From the NCBI GenBank assembly GCA_031266175.1, contig JAISBN010000139.1, forward strand, positions 762 through 64,761: a DNA stretch of 64,000 bases, given 5' to 3'. Source of the stretch: Treponema sp. (lineage in GTDB: Bacteria > Spirochaetota > Spirochaetia > Treponematales > Breznakiellaceae). Shown piece by piece: positions 38,001-47,010 of this stretch (within the stretch, counting starts at the first letter, position 1; each line of letters starts with the position of its first letter). The position numbers and the translations under genes were made by a program. The notes beneath the pieces were generated by a model, which ran no database searches, was not told the DNA's origin, and saw only the letters and a list, made by a program, of their open reading frames with translations.

Positions 38001-41000
38001 AGCGCCCCCGTCTTTAATCCCTACAGTATCAACAGTAAAGAAACCCTCTCCGCCGCGGAAGCCGGAGATCCGGAAGCGGAACTCCCCGGCGTCTCAGGCA
38101 TCAGGGGCGCTTTGTCCCGGGAGGAAGGGCTGCTGGCCGACGCCTTCGAGGCGGCGGAAGAATCCCGGCGGGTTTTGACGGAAGCCTTCGGCATGTTTTA
38201 TGAAAGCGGCATGTCCCCGGAACAACGGGACTTTCTTTTGGCTGCGGAAAGGTACATGGCCGATCCGGACCTTGGCTGGACGGATCTTCCGGATAACGGT
38301 AATTACGCCGCGGCGCTGGAATTATTCCAGAAAGAGTCAATAGCGTTTCAGAACAGGTTTTTGTACGAGGAAACCATCAAGCAGCAGATAGCGCAGCTCG
38401 GTTTTGAATATACGATCCTTCCTCCGGGAGGACAGGAAGCGCTTGACGCGCTCAAGGACATTTCCGGGGAACTGGAAGCAGCCCGCCTGGTCCACCAGAA
38501 CATGCTTGAGCGGTATAATGCCGGAGCGGCCCGGTATATTGCCGAGGGAAACAATTATGAATCCCTCTACGGTCTGGTAAAAGATCGTTTTACCGCCATG
38601 GAACAGGCCGGGAATGAATATGAAAAACAGGATGCGATAAGGCGCTGGGCAAGTACGGCATACCTGCGTCAGACCGCCGAATTGCCCGAAGCGGCAGTAT
38701 ACTATAAAGAGCCGGAAGAAGAGTTGGAATATGCCGCCGGCAGGAACCGGCGGGCGCAGATTGCCCTGTCCGCACTACAGGATCTCTATAGCGGCGGGGA
38801 GTCCAAAAGACCGTATGCGGATGAAGAGTACAACAGCCTGTACCGGGAATATCAGGAAAGTTTTTCCAGAATGTTTTTAACGTTCAAGGCGAAAATGGAA
38901 TTTACCGCCGGCCTTGAGGCGGAACAGATAAAGAACAGAGAATTGTATCTTTCCGCCCATGACGCCATGTCGTCATTTGTTAATCAGAATATGTATAGCT
39001 GCTATGACGAATACAATCCGCCCGCCGTTACGGACAGTTCTCTCCTGGATTTTATACACATCACCGGATCCGGGGATCTGGGGCTTTCATTTGATCCCGG
39101 GTCATTTGTATTGCACCAAACAACACCGGAAGAGGCTCTTGAATTGTCCGGGTATTTTCAAACCAAAGGATTTACCGGAGACGGGGAAAGCCAAATGTCC
39201 GCCTTCGAAACGGCTCTGAAAAAATGGGTTGCCAGAATGGCCGGTTATAATCTTCAGGATATGAATGTATACCAAACCTGGGGCCTGGCCCTGGATTATC
39301 TAACCAGACGGCTTAAGGAAAGCAACCCGTCCATCGGCAGTACCCGGTCGATCTACGAGCTTACCAATATGGGCGCGGACGGAACTATTGAACTTGACGG
39401 GGATTCTCTGAACAAACTGCTCGACCGATACCGGAATAACAGGCTGCCGGGTATTCAGCAGAACGCATGGAACAGCCTGAGCGCCCAGCAGCGCGCCGAT
39501 CTGGGATTTTTGGCGGCCCTGCTTCTTACCGGAAGGGGAGGGGAAGGGGCCGCGGGACTCACGCAGGTTTCGGAATACCTGGAAATGGACGAGATCTATG
39601 GCGAAGCCGATTATTACAAGATTACGAAAAAACTGTTGTTCATACGGATAACCGTATACCGCTGGCCCTACACCTTTGATCACAGCGGATTAAATCAGGT
39701 GTTTAACGCTTCCAAAAACAGGCAGACCGCATTTTATAATTCCATTAATGCCAATAAATCGCTCTTTTCATCCGGGGTTTCAAAAGCCCTTTCGGAAATA
39801 ACGGCCTATGAAAAATCCTGCGGAAGACTTGCCGTTTTAACCAAACAGAAAGAGGACGGCATAACCTGGGACGATATAGAACCGGCGCTGATGCTTCTGG
39901 AAAACATCGATACAAACGAAATAAAGAAACTGGAAACCCACTGGTATGAGATGCGGGAAGATCGCGGCGCTGTTATCTATACGGATATTGCGGGGGCTTT
40001 GGGCAGTTTATACGCGTGGGGAGAAGGACTCAGAAACGATGCGGAGCGGGACTTTGAGAACGCCTATCTTGCCGGAGAGGAAATCAGACAGGACAAGCAG
40101 GCTGAGTACAGGGATGCCCTGGAAGCGTACATTGACGGAACAGGCTCTCTGGCGGATTTGAATAGCGCCGCCCGGGAGGCCTACGGAGATAAAGCGGCGG
40201 CGTTAAAAAATCATCTGGGAAATACGGGAGCGGCGCTTATTGCCGACTTAAAATCAATCAATGCCGAACGGCCTGAATATACGGAACAGTACCGGAATTT
40301 GGCCGGACAGTATACCGGATTGATAGACCGTGTCTATGACGCCCGGTTTAACGCCGAATTGGCCGCCAGGGAAACGGAATGGCAGGAACAGCAAAAGGAT
40401 TTGCGGGAAAAACTCGCATCCTGGCATGAGGCGGCGGGGCTTATCCTGGAACGGGGAAGGCAGGACTGGAAAGACGGTTTTGAATCCATGCAGGCGGCGT
40501 ATGCAAAATGGGAGCGGGATTTTTCCGAACAGTATGCCATTGTTGATGCGGCCTGGAATGCCGCTTACCTGGAAAGCCTTACGAATAAGGAACAATGGAT
40601 CAATCAGGCTGTCGTTTCCGCCAATGAAGCCCTTGATAATACCCTTCTGAGTTTTGTCGCTTCCGATGCGGAAGCCTATGCCCGAAGGCTGGATTCTTTT
40701 ATACCCTCGGCGCTTCCCGGATACGGAACCGTGGAAGAAGCCGCGTCAATCCTGCAGGCGGTTCTTGGCAGGGCGGGAATTACCGGCCTTGCCGGCGCGT
40801 TTACCGCCATGGCAGGCAGCGCCGGTACGGTTATGACCCAGGTTAGGACCGGAACTTCCGGGCTTGGACTCTGGAATTCGGGTCAGGCCCACGCGGCGGC
40901 AAAGGAGCTTGCCTGGAACAGTACCAGTGAAATGGCGGACGGCAGGATGGCAATCCTTGGATTTCAGGCCAAAGAGTCGGTCTTGGAAGCAAAAAAAATT

Positions 41001-43928
41001 CTGGAAGAAAATATAGCCCGGAGCAATACCGGTTTTGACGGCAGCATGGACGATCTGTATACGATGGACGGAGGCTGGAGACGGACCGGCAGCAGATATA
41101 ACAAGGATATTATTGTCCATTCAACATTTTTTAAAAGCGCCATTACCGACAAGGTTGTGATTGATGCCTATAGATGGTTTGTCATGGATTATTGGGAATT
41201 GAATACCGATTTGAGCGAGGGAAATTTAAACGGCCTGAATTACAGGGGAATACAAGCGCTTGTAGCCATGGCGCAGAAGGAAATTCAGGAAAAAAGCGAT
41301 GAGGTATTCGGCGCTGACGGTACGGAGGGGGCTTTTACCGCCTGGATCGGCAGCCCTGCCGTTATGACCAACGGAGGAATAACAGATAACGGCAGCGGCG
41401 AGCTTGGCCGCCTGCTGCGTGAATTTTACAAATGGGAGCAGAAGCAGGGCGAGGGTATAGCGGCGATGAATGCGCCCCTCTGGGATAAACCTCTCTGGGA
41501 TTCCCGGGGTTCGTGGTTCAGCGCGCCAAGCCTTCGCAGCGCGGTTGACATGGTCAATACAATTGCCGCCACGGTAGTTTCCGCGGTCCTGGCTCCGGTT
41601 ACCGCCGGCGGCAGTTTTGCCCTTGGGATTGCCATCAATTTAACGGATGATCTATTGTTTAACAGTTTGGATGTCGCCTACGGATATAAGAGCTGGTCTG
41701 AAGCGGGATTTGATTTTGGGAAAAAAGCCCTCGTGACAACGGTAACAAGCGTGGCGGGAGCGGCTGTAAAAGTAGGGTCCGCCACTGCGGGAATAGGAGG
41801 CGTTATTTCAACAACCGTCAAAACGGCAGTAAAAACCTTTAGCACAAGTACCATAACCAGCGCCATAAATGCGGTTACCTACAATAACGGCAAATTCGGC
41901 TGGTCAAAAGACGATTTTAGAGGGGGTCTCTGGAACGGTCTCATAAATGCCGCCGTCGCGGGGGCCGGGACCTTTACTACCGGCTCGCTCAACCTTGGGC
42001 TTGAAGGATTTTACGGCAAGTACTATGCTGATGGGACAAAACTATCGTCCCTGGCCGGAGGTTTGGCGGCTCAGGGCGTGAATTATGCCCTGGGCGGTGA
42101 CTTTACGTTGAATGCTTTCAACATTGGGCTTTTAGCCAAAAATGACGCTGTGGACCTTGGAATGCTGGAACTGCATTTTGGACATGATGGTTTTAGTGCC
42201 GGCCTTGGGTCGGGCGGTGCGGATGTCAGTCTGGAATCCATTATTGGGGCAGCAAGAGGTTTGGAGGCATGGAAAGCGAATTTTGACATCTGGGGTTCTG
42301 ATTCTGCGGATGCGAAAAAATACATAAGCCAGATGAGGACGCTGTATTCGGGCGGGAATGGCAGTGAAAATAGAGAATTGTACGATTCGATGCTGGCGGG
42401 AACAACCATGGTTTATGAAAACCGAAACGCCGATCACACCCAAACGGTTTATGATCCCGTGTCCGGTTATAAATTGATACTGCTGGGAAACGATGCCCTT
42501 GATGATGGAAGCCGCTTTGGCCTTAATGTGGTGTTCAGTCATGAATCCTATCGAAACGGCCTGGATGACGGCGTTGAAGGACAGAGGATGGAAACAGACA
42601 GGGCGATCTTTGGGCATATCAGTACCGCCTTGGGATTAATGGGAAGTTACGGGGAAAATGCTGTCGGCTCCGAAGTTCGGGAACGGGCTCTTAAATTCGC
42701 TGAAAACTATAATATTTTTCTATCTGATCTTAGTACTGTAGAAGATCATAATGCGGCAGTTGGAAATTTACTCAATGTCTTTGATGAATTTGATTCGGGT
42801 AAAGATTATTGGCGGTTGGTAAAAAAAGAAGGTGGATCCTATGGTTTGCTTAATGATGGAAACCACAGCCTGCTCGATGAAAAAGGTAAGGTGATTGTTA
42901 AAAGCACTCTTGATATTTTTGACAGATCGGGAAATATTATTGGTCATCATTATGATGATCCCGATTCATATCTTAGATCCCTTGGTATGCTGTTGGGGAT
43001 ATATCCCGATTTCAATCAGGGGACGGATAAGGCGCAGCTGTTAAAAGAATACCGGCTTTTTACCGCAAATACCTATTTTGATAATATTTATTTGGGAACA
43101 GTCAAATCGGTAAAACAAAATAATGGCATCATAAATGTTAATCCGTATCTTATGACGTACAAAGAGATAGTTAATGGTAAAGGGTATATGATAGCCGCCT
43201 ACGGTTCTTATAACCAGATTGCTCTTTCAATTTTCGATGAATATAATGAAGTGAGAGGACATGTGATCTTTAACAACAAACCGGGAGAACGGGATTATGC
43301 GATGATCGAAAATATGATACCCGAGGGTAAAAGGTTAAAAGCAGGGACAATTTCATTCGAAACAGTTGGTTTTTACGCTAATGTAAAAATGTTTGGCTTG
43401 GGTTCGACTTTACCAGATCCCACAAAAATGGGGGCCGGTCATCCTGCTGTTCTTGATGGTACTTATCGTTACGCGTGGTCGCTTCACGCCGTCGCTTCTC
43501 AAGATCCTTATAGGGCTTTCCGGTTGTTTAGTGGAAGGCCTGATTCCTGGGACTCTGTTACCGGGCCAAAACCCGCGATTAATAGTGGTATTGGTATTGT
43601 GGAAGATTTTCCATATAGTAACGGAATATTTGATAACTGGTCGGGGGACTTGCGGAAGTTTAATGGATATTACTATAAGAATGGAAACAGAGCGATGACG
43701 ACTACGGACGCTATTAATGGACATAGGGCGTATTCAAATCCATATGAGTTGAAAACCAATGGCTATACGGCCGGAAGCCTCGGATGCCAGGTTTGGATAC
43801 CCACGACCTTTTATCAGCTTTCCAGCGGATTAAGGACAACTATGGAATCCCAGGCCTGGGGTAATTTTATTATCAACAGGTGGATTTTAGGTGACGGGAC
43901 AGGGAACAAAAATAATTGGAGTTGGTAA
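35025..43928 (+). CDS. Giant (2,967 aa) secreted modular protein: signal peptide, long Glu/Ala/Arg/Leu-rich helical body, Gly/Ala/Thr-rich hydrophobic module, AT-rich C-terminal YkuD/Tlde1-like candidate toxin domain
   Basis: Single uninterrupted ORF. N-terminus MAAKSFSFFLSGIILCLCSVTLFAQT. C-terminal INGH-x17-SLGCQV motif. All six-frame competitors are short. No family recognised for the first ~2,700 aa. Confidence 0.85.
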   Translation: MAAKSFSFFLSGIILCLCSVTLFAQTRPELRGFDERVFQYHFDRADRELDPASWIREARLGIGLARAGWERTALEVYADPELRAAALEEVERWSEAELEQRYARWLFKRFFGGASGDTAKTLDAALDEANRRYAYHTDDEGNILYGETGDPEAVRPFEGRSVEEDRQLWRGHVSGTEAAELQRHSLSFSSAFPELLSFIGEENRESFEKQFREFSAASLLQKKAEFEALLDREERLFIARRTGDVWSLRKQSENEKASVISSQLIAGAQAVCAEGISALEERIETARAGTGDLSLAGAEWLSAFEEQFDRGLKAWSGAEERFIIRRMEWERDSGEHFLEGEEAWKTAFSELERERLAWEEQARELFNSGEQLFAAVSQQLESAIAEAREEFLRDAALRTYNGAERAGAWVDMYVTGNAVMAEARDSVEFWLSRFVSGSPAGGMENGTLAAWVQQIVNRGGITTYREAKVKILGRTMENRIEQFIPLTEMQKIAGRELLRWSALYTQYRNKSGEALAVLEQEFGVALGMDRGALTAVLGSDSESFFLDEYQVELLRAKAIAGYWEQRLDIAQAVSSYAEELTAGRMTEEESLLQWRDSKSRYDTAVTAYEEAQNRLKDAGSGLETVRAELQDAAAELAAAERSLEELNNRYADQMAAYQVNSGDFILEELGAYYASLVRLTENRLTDDAYYTSYLRAEQQYADAYILRDAWAALKSIIETASEAETEAEAETGDEAETESDTGEETINEAARETRQLQLAFLSAPSAADWYFAAAGREGTEAEKKALEEEGLLNRLKREALEEAVPGNAGRLLAVYRDLSPYSPAAQREAADYARRALGMIFAEFGIESAGEELPPMALIGDALYQYETDSDMIPAAALASFLIRIDEETEVLPILLEAELGAWKESLIAYMAAKTLYLGIEIPELAGNILDEYEQFIADALDRMNGGELSQELARQGAFYQYLIDFLVSCEDLKTAVRSGGDEGREHWRTYISAPVFNPYSINSKETLSAAEAGDPEAELPGVSGIRGALSREEGLLADAFEAAEESRRVLTEAFGMFYESGMSPEQRDFLLAAERYMADPDLGWTDLPDNGNYAAALELFQKESIAFQNRFLYEETIKQQIAQLGFEYTILPPGGQEALDALKDISGELEAARLVHQNMLERYNAGAARYIAEGNNYESLYGLVKDRFTAMEQAGNEYEKQDAIRRWASTAYLRQTAELPEAAVYYKEPEEELEYAAGRNRRAQIALSALQDLYSGGESKRPYADEEYNSLYREYQESFSRMFLTFKAKMEFTAGLEAEQIKNRELYLSAHDAMSSFVNQNMYSCYDEYNPPAVTDSSLLDFIHITGSGDLGLSFDPGSFVLHQTTPEEALELSGYFQTKGFTGDGESQMSAFETALKKWVARMAGYNLQDMNVYQTWGLALDYLTRRLKESNPSIGSTRSIYELTNMGADGTIELDGDSLNKLLDRYRNNRLPGIQQNAWNSLSAQQRADLGFLAALLLTGRGGEGAAGLTQVSEYLEMDEIYGEADYYKITKKLLFIRITVYRWPYTFDHSGLNQVFNASKNRQTAFYNSINANKSLFSSGVSKALSEITAYEKSCGRLAVLTKQKEDGITWDDIEPALMLLENIDTNEIKKLETHWYEMREDRGAVIYTDIAGALGSLYAWGEGLRNDAERDFENAYLAGEEIRQDKQAEYRDALEAYIDGTGSLADLNSAAREAYGDKAAALKNHLGNTGAALIADLKSINAERPEYTEQYRNLAGQYTGLIDRVYDARFNAELAARETEWQEQQKDLREKLASWHEAAGLILERGRQDWKDGFESMQAAYAKWERDFSEQYAIVDAAWNAAYLESLTNKEQWINQAVVSANEALDNTLLSFVASDAEAYARRLDSFIPSALPGYGTVEEAASILQAVLGRAGITGLAGAFTAMAGSAGTVMTQVRTGTSGLGLWNSGQAHAAAKELAWNSTSEMADGRMAILGFQAKESVLEAKKILEENIARSNTGFDGSMDDLYTMDGGWRRTGSRYNKDIIVHSTFFKSAITDKVVIDAYRWFVMDYWELNTDLSEGNLNGLNYRGIQALVAMAQKEIQEKSDEVFGADGTEGAFTAWIGSPAVMTNGGITDNGSGELGRLLREFYKWEQKQGEGIAAMNAPLWDKPLWDSRGSWFSAPSLRSAVDMVNTIAATVVSAVLAPVTAGGSFALGIAINLTDDLLFNSLDVAYGYKSWSEAGFDFGKKALVTTVTSVAGAAVKVGSATAGIGGVISTTVKTAVKTFSTSTITSAINAVTYNNGKFGWSKDDFRGGLWNGLINAAVAGAGTFTTGSLNLGLEGFYGKYYADGTKLSSLAGGLAAQGVNYALGGDFTLNAFNIGLLAKNDAVDLGMLELHFGHDGFSAGLGSGGADVSLESIIGAARGLEAWKANFDIWGSDSADAKKYISQMRTLYSGGNGSENRELYDSMLAGTTMVYENRNADHTQTVYDPVSGYKLILLGNDALDDGSRFGLNVVFSHESYRNGLDDGVEGQRMETDRAIFGHISTALGLMGSYGENAVGSEVRERALKFAENYNIFLSDLSTVEDHNAAVGNLLNVFDEFDSGKDYWRLVKKEGGSYGLLNDGNHSLLDEKGKVIVKSTLDIFDRSGNIIGHHYDDPDSYLRSLGMLLGIYPDFNQGTDKAQLLKEYRLFTANTYFDNIYLGTVKSVKQNNGIINVNPYLMTYKEIVNGKGYMIAAYGSYNQIALSIFDEYNEVRGHVIFNNKPGERDYAMIENMIPEGKRLKAGTISFETVGFYANVKMFGLGSTLPDPTKMGAGHPAVLDGTYRYAWSLHAVASQDPYRAFRLFSGRPDSWDSVTGPKPAINSGIGIVEDFPYSNGIFDNWSGDLRKFNGYYYKNGNRAMTTTDAINGHRAYSNPYELKTNGYTAGSLGCQVWIPTTFYQLSSGLRTTMESQAWGNFIINRWILGDGTGNKNNWSW

Positions 43929-43929
43929 A

Positions 43930-45255
43930 ATGATAAACGCTATCTGGCTTAAGGGCATTGTAATATTGGTTTTCACGGTTACTTTATCCTCCTGCACCGC
44001 TAAAAACGAAATGCCGGAGGATAATACAAGTGAAAGGTCTGTGGAAATTGAAAAGCAAATTCCGGCTCAAAATAAAAACTCCTCCGGTTTGGCATCTTTG
44101 AGCGTTGAAACTGATAAGGCCGATAATGAGTCTGATGATGACGGAGATTATGAGGTTATTCTAAAAATGCAGGGCCTGGAATTAAGGGATTTTACGGCAA
44201 ACGGACGTAATAATCTTTCCGCCCAACAGGGGACAAGCTATCTGTTTAAGTATTTAAAGAATATGCGGCAGGATGTTCACGATATGTTTTTATTAACTGA
44301 TAGTAAGGTTCAACGTATGTTTAATTCACATTTATGGTATGGCCGGTCTGTACCGGGCGTAAAAGAACCGGTACACTTCATTGAATATCAGGAAAACCTG
44401 CTGCAATTTAAGGAAAGAAATGAAGTAATACCGGTCGGAGAAATGACCCTTGATAAATGGGATGCCATCCTCGGGGGAATAATTACGGAATTTACAAACG
44501 GAAAAATAGCGATATACAATCCAATATCTGTCAGAGCGGGGGATGGGGTCATTTTCTATATACCATATTATATTAAAGCAGAAGATGCTGCAAGGTGTTT
44601 GTTTTTGCGGGTTAGGGATGGTAAGATTGTTGATAAAAAATATCTTGATCATAGCTTTGATTTTGCCATTTATGATTTGGGCTTCTTTTATTCAAGTTTA
44701 TATGACAAGGATTATTCCTTTGGAGAATGGCATGTGGATGATTTTAAAAATATAATTGTTATTCAGGATATGAATCATAACATGCTGACATTTGATTATA
44801 AATCATTGATCAGTACTAAATGTGACGTTTTTACCCATGTTGTTGTTTTACCCTTTGTTCAAAATGGGAAGATGGGATTTTCTCTTTTAATTGGGTATCC
44901 AATGATATTTTTGTACATACCCAATAAGGGTGAAATTTTTCCTAAAAATAGTGGTATGGCTCTATATAAAACATATATTGCGGATTTTGCAAATAACGAA
45001 CTCCTTTTGCTGGAAGAAGGTTGTTTTAATTTTTTGGCGACTGAAAATTTTGTTAAAAATTTTGTGTTAAATAATCTTGATAGAGATTACTACAACCTGG
45101 CGTTTTTGCCGGAAGGATTTTCTGATACGATTCAGTCGGATGAATTTGTGGAAGAAGCAATAACCGAACGTAATGTGGAGTTAAACTTAATAGAGGCAAG
45201 GAGAAATTTGTATGACGAATCTTTGTTGCAGAGGTTGATAGATATAGATAAATAG
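43930..45255 (+). CDS. AT-rich lipoprotein of unknown family, coupled to the giant gene (candidate immunity/accessory protein)
   Basis: Start moved to the ATG at 43930, 1 nt after the giant gene's TAA. Lipobox TVTLSSC. 441 aa with no recognisable domain. Confidence 0.7.
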   Translation: MINAIWLKGIVILVFTVTLSSCTAKNEMPEDNTSERSVEIEKQIPAQNKNSSGLASLSVETDKADNESDDDGDYEVILKMQGLELRDFTANGRNNLSAQQGTSYLFKYLKNMRQDVHDMFLLTDSKVQRMFNSHLWYGRSVPGVKEPVHFIEYQENLLQFKERNEVIPVGEMTLDKWDAILGGIITEFTNGKIAIYNPISVRAGDGVIFYIPYYIKAEDAARCLFLRVRDGKIVDKKYLDHSFDFAIYDLGFFYSSLYDKDYSFGEWHVDDFKNIIVIQDMNHNMLTFDYKSLISTKCDVFTHVVVLPFVQNGKMGFSLLIGYPMIFLYIPNKGEIFPKNSGMALYKTYIADFANNELLLLEEGCFNFLATENFVKNFVLNNLDRDYYNLAFLPEGFSDTIQSDEFVEEAITERNVELNLIEARRNLYDESLLQRLIDIDK

Positions 45256-45327
45256 CAGCTTAATACAAACCGGGGCAGATACGTGAATAACAGTTAAAAT
45301 CCAGGGAAGTTATTTATGATCACGATA

Positions 45328-45963
45328 TTATTCATTTTTAGTATTTGAAACGTAAAGTACATCCTTCAGATTAAACCGGAATTCAAACTCTTCCAGGGCT
45401 TGACCGAAACCGAAAAAAAGGGGATAGGTTACGATCCCCTGGCCGGGAAGGGGAGCTCCGCAGATGACGGTTTTCTGGATAAAAACAGGGGTATTTTTCC
45501 GGATGTTTATTTTTGCCCTGGCCGCGGCTTCCTGTTCTTCAAAGGTCCGGGCGTTGTAAATGACGGTGTATGAATCGTATGCCCCGGAAGCGTTCTGCCA
45601 ATAAAGCTCACCGTTTATGGTAAAATTTTGGTACTGCTTAATGGAAGGGGGGCTGTTTTCCCCGGAAGGATAGATCACAAAATAAAAGGCCAGTCCGTCC
45701 GGATAGGTATAGGTTTGTTTCCCGTCAAAGATAAAATTTTGCCGTTCAACCAGGGCAAGTACGGTGGTGGACATTTTCCCCCTTCTGGTAATGGGAATTC
45801 TGGAGACCGGGGTTAAAGGTTTTGTTGCCTTGTCTGAGAGCGGGACGCCGGTACAGGAAAAAACAAGGAGTAGCAGCAGAAAACCGTAAGGAAAGAGCCG
45901 CCTGAATTTACCTCGGGCTAGGCGGGTATGGGCGAAAGATTCTTTCCGGTAGTTGACCGTCAT
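45328..45963 (-). CDS. Hypothetical lipoprotein
   Basis: ATG at 45963. LLLLLVFSC lipobox. No family recognised. Confidence 0.5.
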   Translation of the reverse strand: MTVNYRKESFAHTRLARGKFRRLFPYGFLLLLLVFSCTGVPLSDKATKPLTPVSRIPITRRGKMSTTVLALVERQNFIFDGKQTYTYPDGLAFYFVIYPSGENSPPSIKQYQNFTINGELYWQNASGAYDSYTVIYNARTFEEQEAAARAKINIRKNTPVFIQKTVICGAPLPGQGIVTYPLFFGFGQALEEFEFRFNLKDVLYVSNTKNE

Positions 45964-46071
45964 ATTCAAGAAGTATATCCCCCTTGCGGGGAAAAAGCTA
46001 CTCGGAATCAGGAGCCTTCCTGGGAAAAACGGGACCGTCGTAGTCTTCGCCCCATTTTACTGTTTGTGTTC

Positions 46072-47010
46072 CTATCCGGCAGCTTCGTTCCAGTGGCCGA
46101 TGGTACGGATTTTCTGACTGCGGTAACGGACCAGAATTTCCGGCCGCCGGGCGCAGAGATCGTCCAGGTCCCGGATAAGCGTATCCTTAATGGCCCGGGC
46201 GACGGCGCCGGGATCGGCATGGGCGCCTTCTTCGGGTTCGGGAATGATCCCATTAATTACCTTAAAGTCCAGCAAGTCGCCGCTGGTAATTCGGAGCATG
46301 GCGGCGGCGTCTTTTGCCCTGGACGCGTCGCGGAGAAGTATGGACGCGCAGCCTTCGGGGCTGATAACGGAATAGATGGCATTTTCCAGCATATAAATTT
46401 TATCCCCCACGCAAAGGCCCAGGGCGCCGCCGGAGCCGCCTTCCCCGATAATGATACAGATTACCGGAGTAAGGAGGCGGCTGAAACACATCAGGTTCCG
46501 GGCAATGGCTTCGCCTATGCCCCGTTCCTCCGCTCCCAGTCCGGGGTACGCGCCGGCGGTATCTACCAGGGTAACGATGGGCCGGTGAAACTTTTCCGCT
46601 TCCCTGGCCAGCCGCAGGGCTTTGCGGTACCCTTCAGGATTGGCCATGCCGTGGTTGCGGCGCACGTTTTCTTTCAGGGTGCGGCCCTTCTGGTTTGCCA
46701 GCACCGTTACAGGCCGGCCTTCCAAAAAACAGATGCCCCCCACAATCGAAGGATCGTCCCCAAAGGTCCGGTCACCGTGGAGTTCGATAAAGTTGTCAAA
46801 AATCCGGGTGATATAATCCATCGCGTAGGGCCGGTCGGGATGCCGGGCAAGTTCCACCTGTTTCCACACCGTTTCGGCCCGCGACTGGGACCGGAGCTTT
46901 AGCTCCAGCCGGGAAATTTCATCCGCCGCATCCAGTCCCGTTTCCTCGATCAGTTTTTTTAATTCCCCAAGCTTTGATTCAAGCCGGTTTCCGTCCGGGG
47001 TATTATTCAT
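46072..47010 (-). CDS. accA: Acetyl-CoA carboxylase carboxyltransferase alpha subunit
   Basis: Start moved to the ATG at 47010 (MNNTPDG...). RPYAMDYI, GRPVTVLANQKG, VTLVDTAGAYPG. Confidence 0.9.
   Translation of the reverse strand: MNNTPDGNRLESKLGELKKLIEETGLDAADEISRLELKLRSQSRAETVWKQVELARHPDRPYAMDYITRIFDNFIELHGDRTFGDDPSIVGGICFLEGRPVTVLANQKGRTLKENVRRNHGMANPEGYRKALRLAREAEKFHRPIVTLVDTAGAYPGLGAEERGIGEAIARNLMCFSRLLTPVICIIIGEGGSGGALGLCVGDKIYMLENAIYSVISPEGCASILLRDASRAKDAAAMLRITSGDLLDFKVINGIIPEPEEGAHADPGAVARAIKDTLIRDLDDLCARRPEILVRYRSQKIRTIGHWNEAAG

Noticed and set aside
35073-42617. Numerous 60-240-aa ORFs in other frames within the giant gene
   Set aside because: All are nested in the single 8.9-kb ORF, and none has an SD or a recognisable motif.
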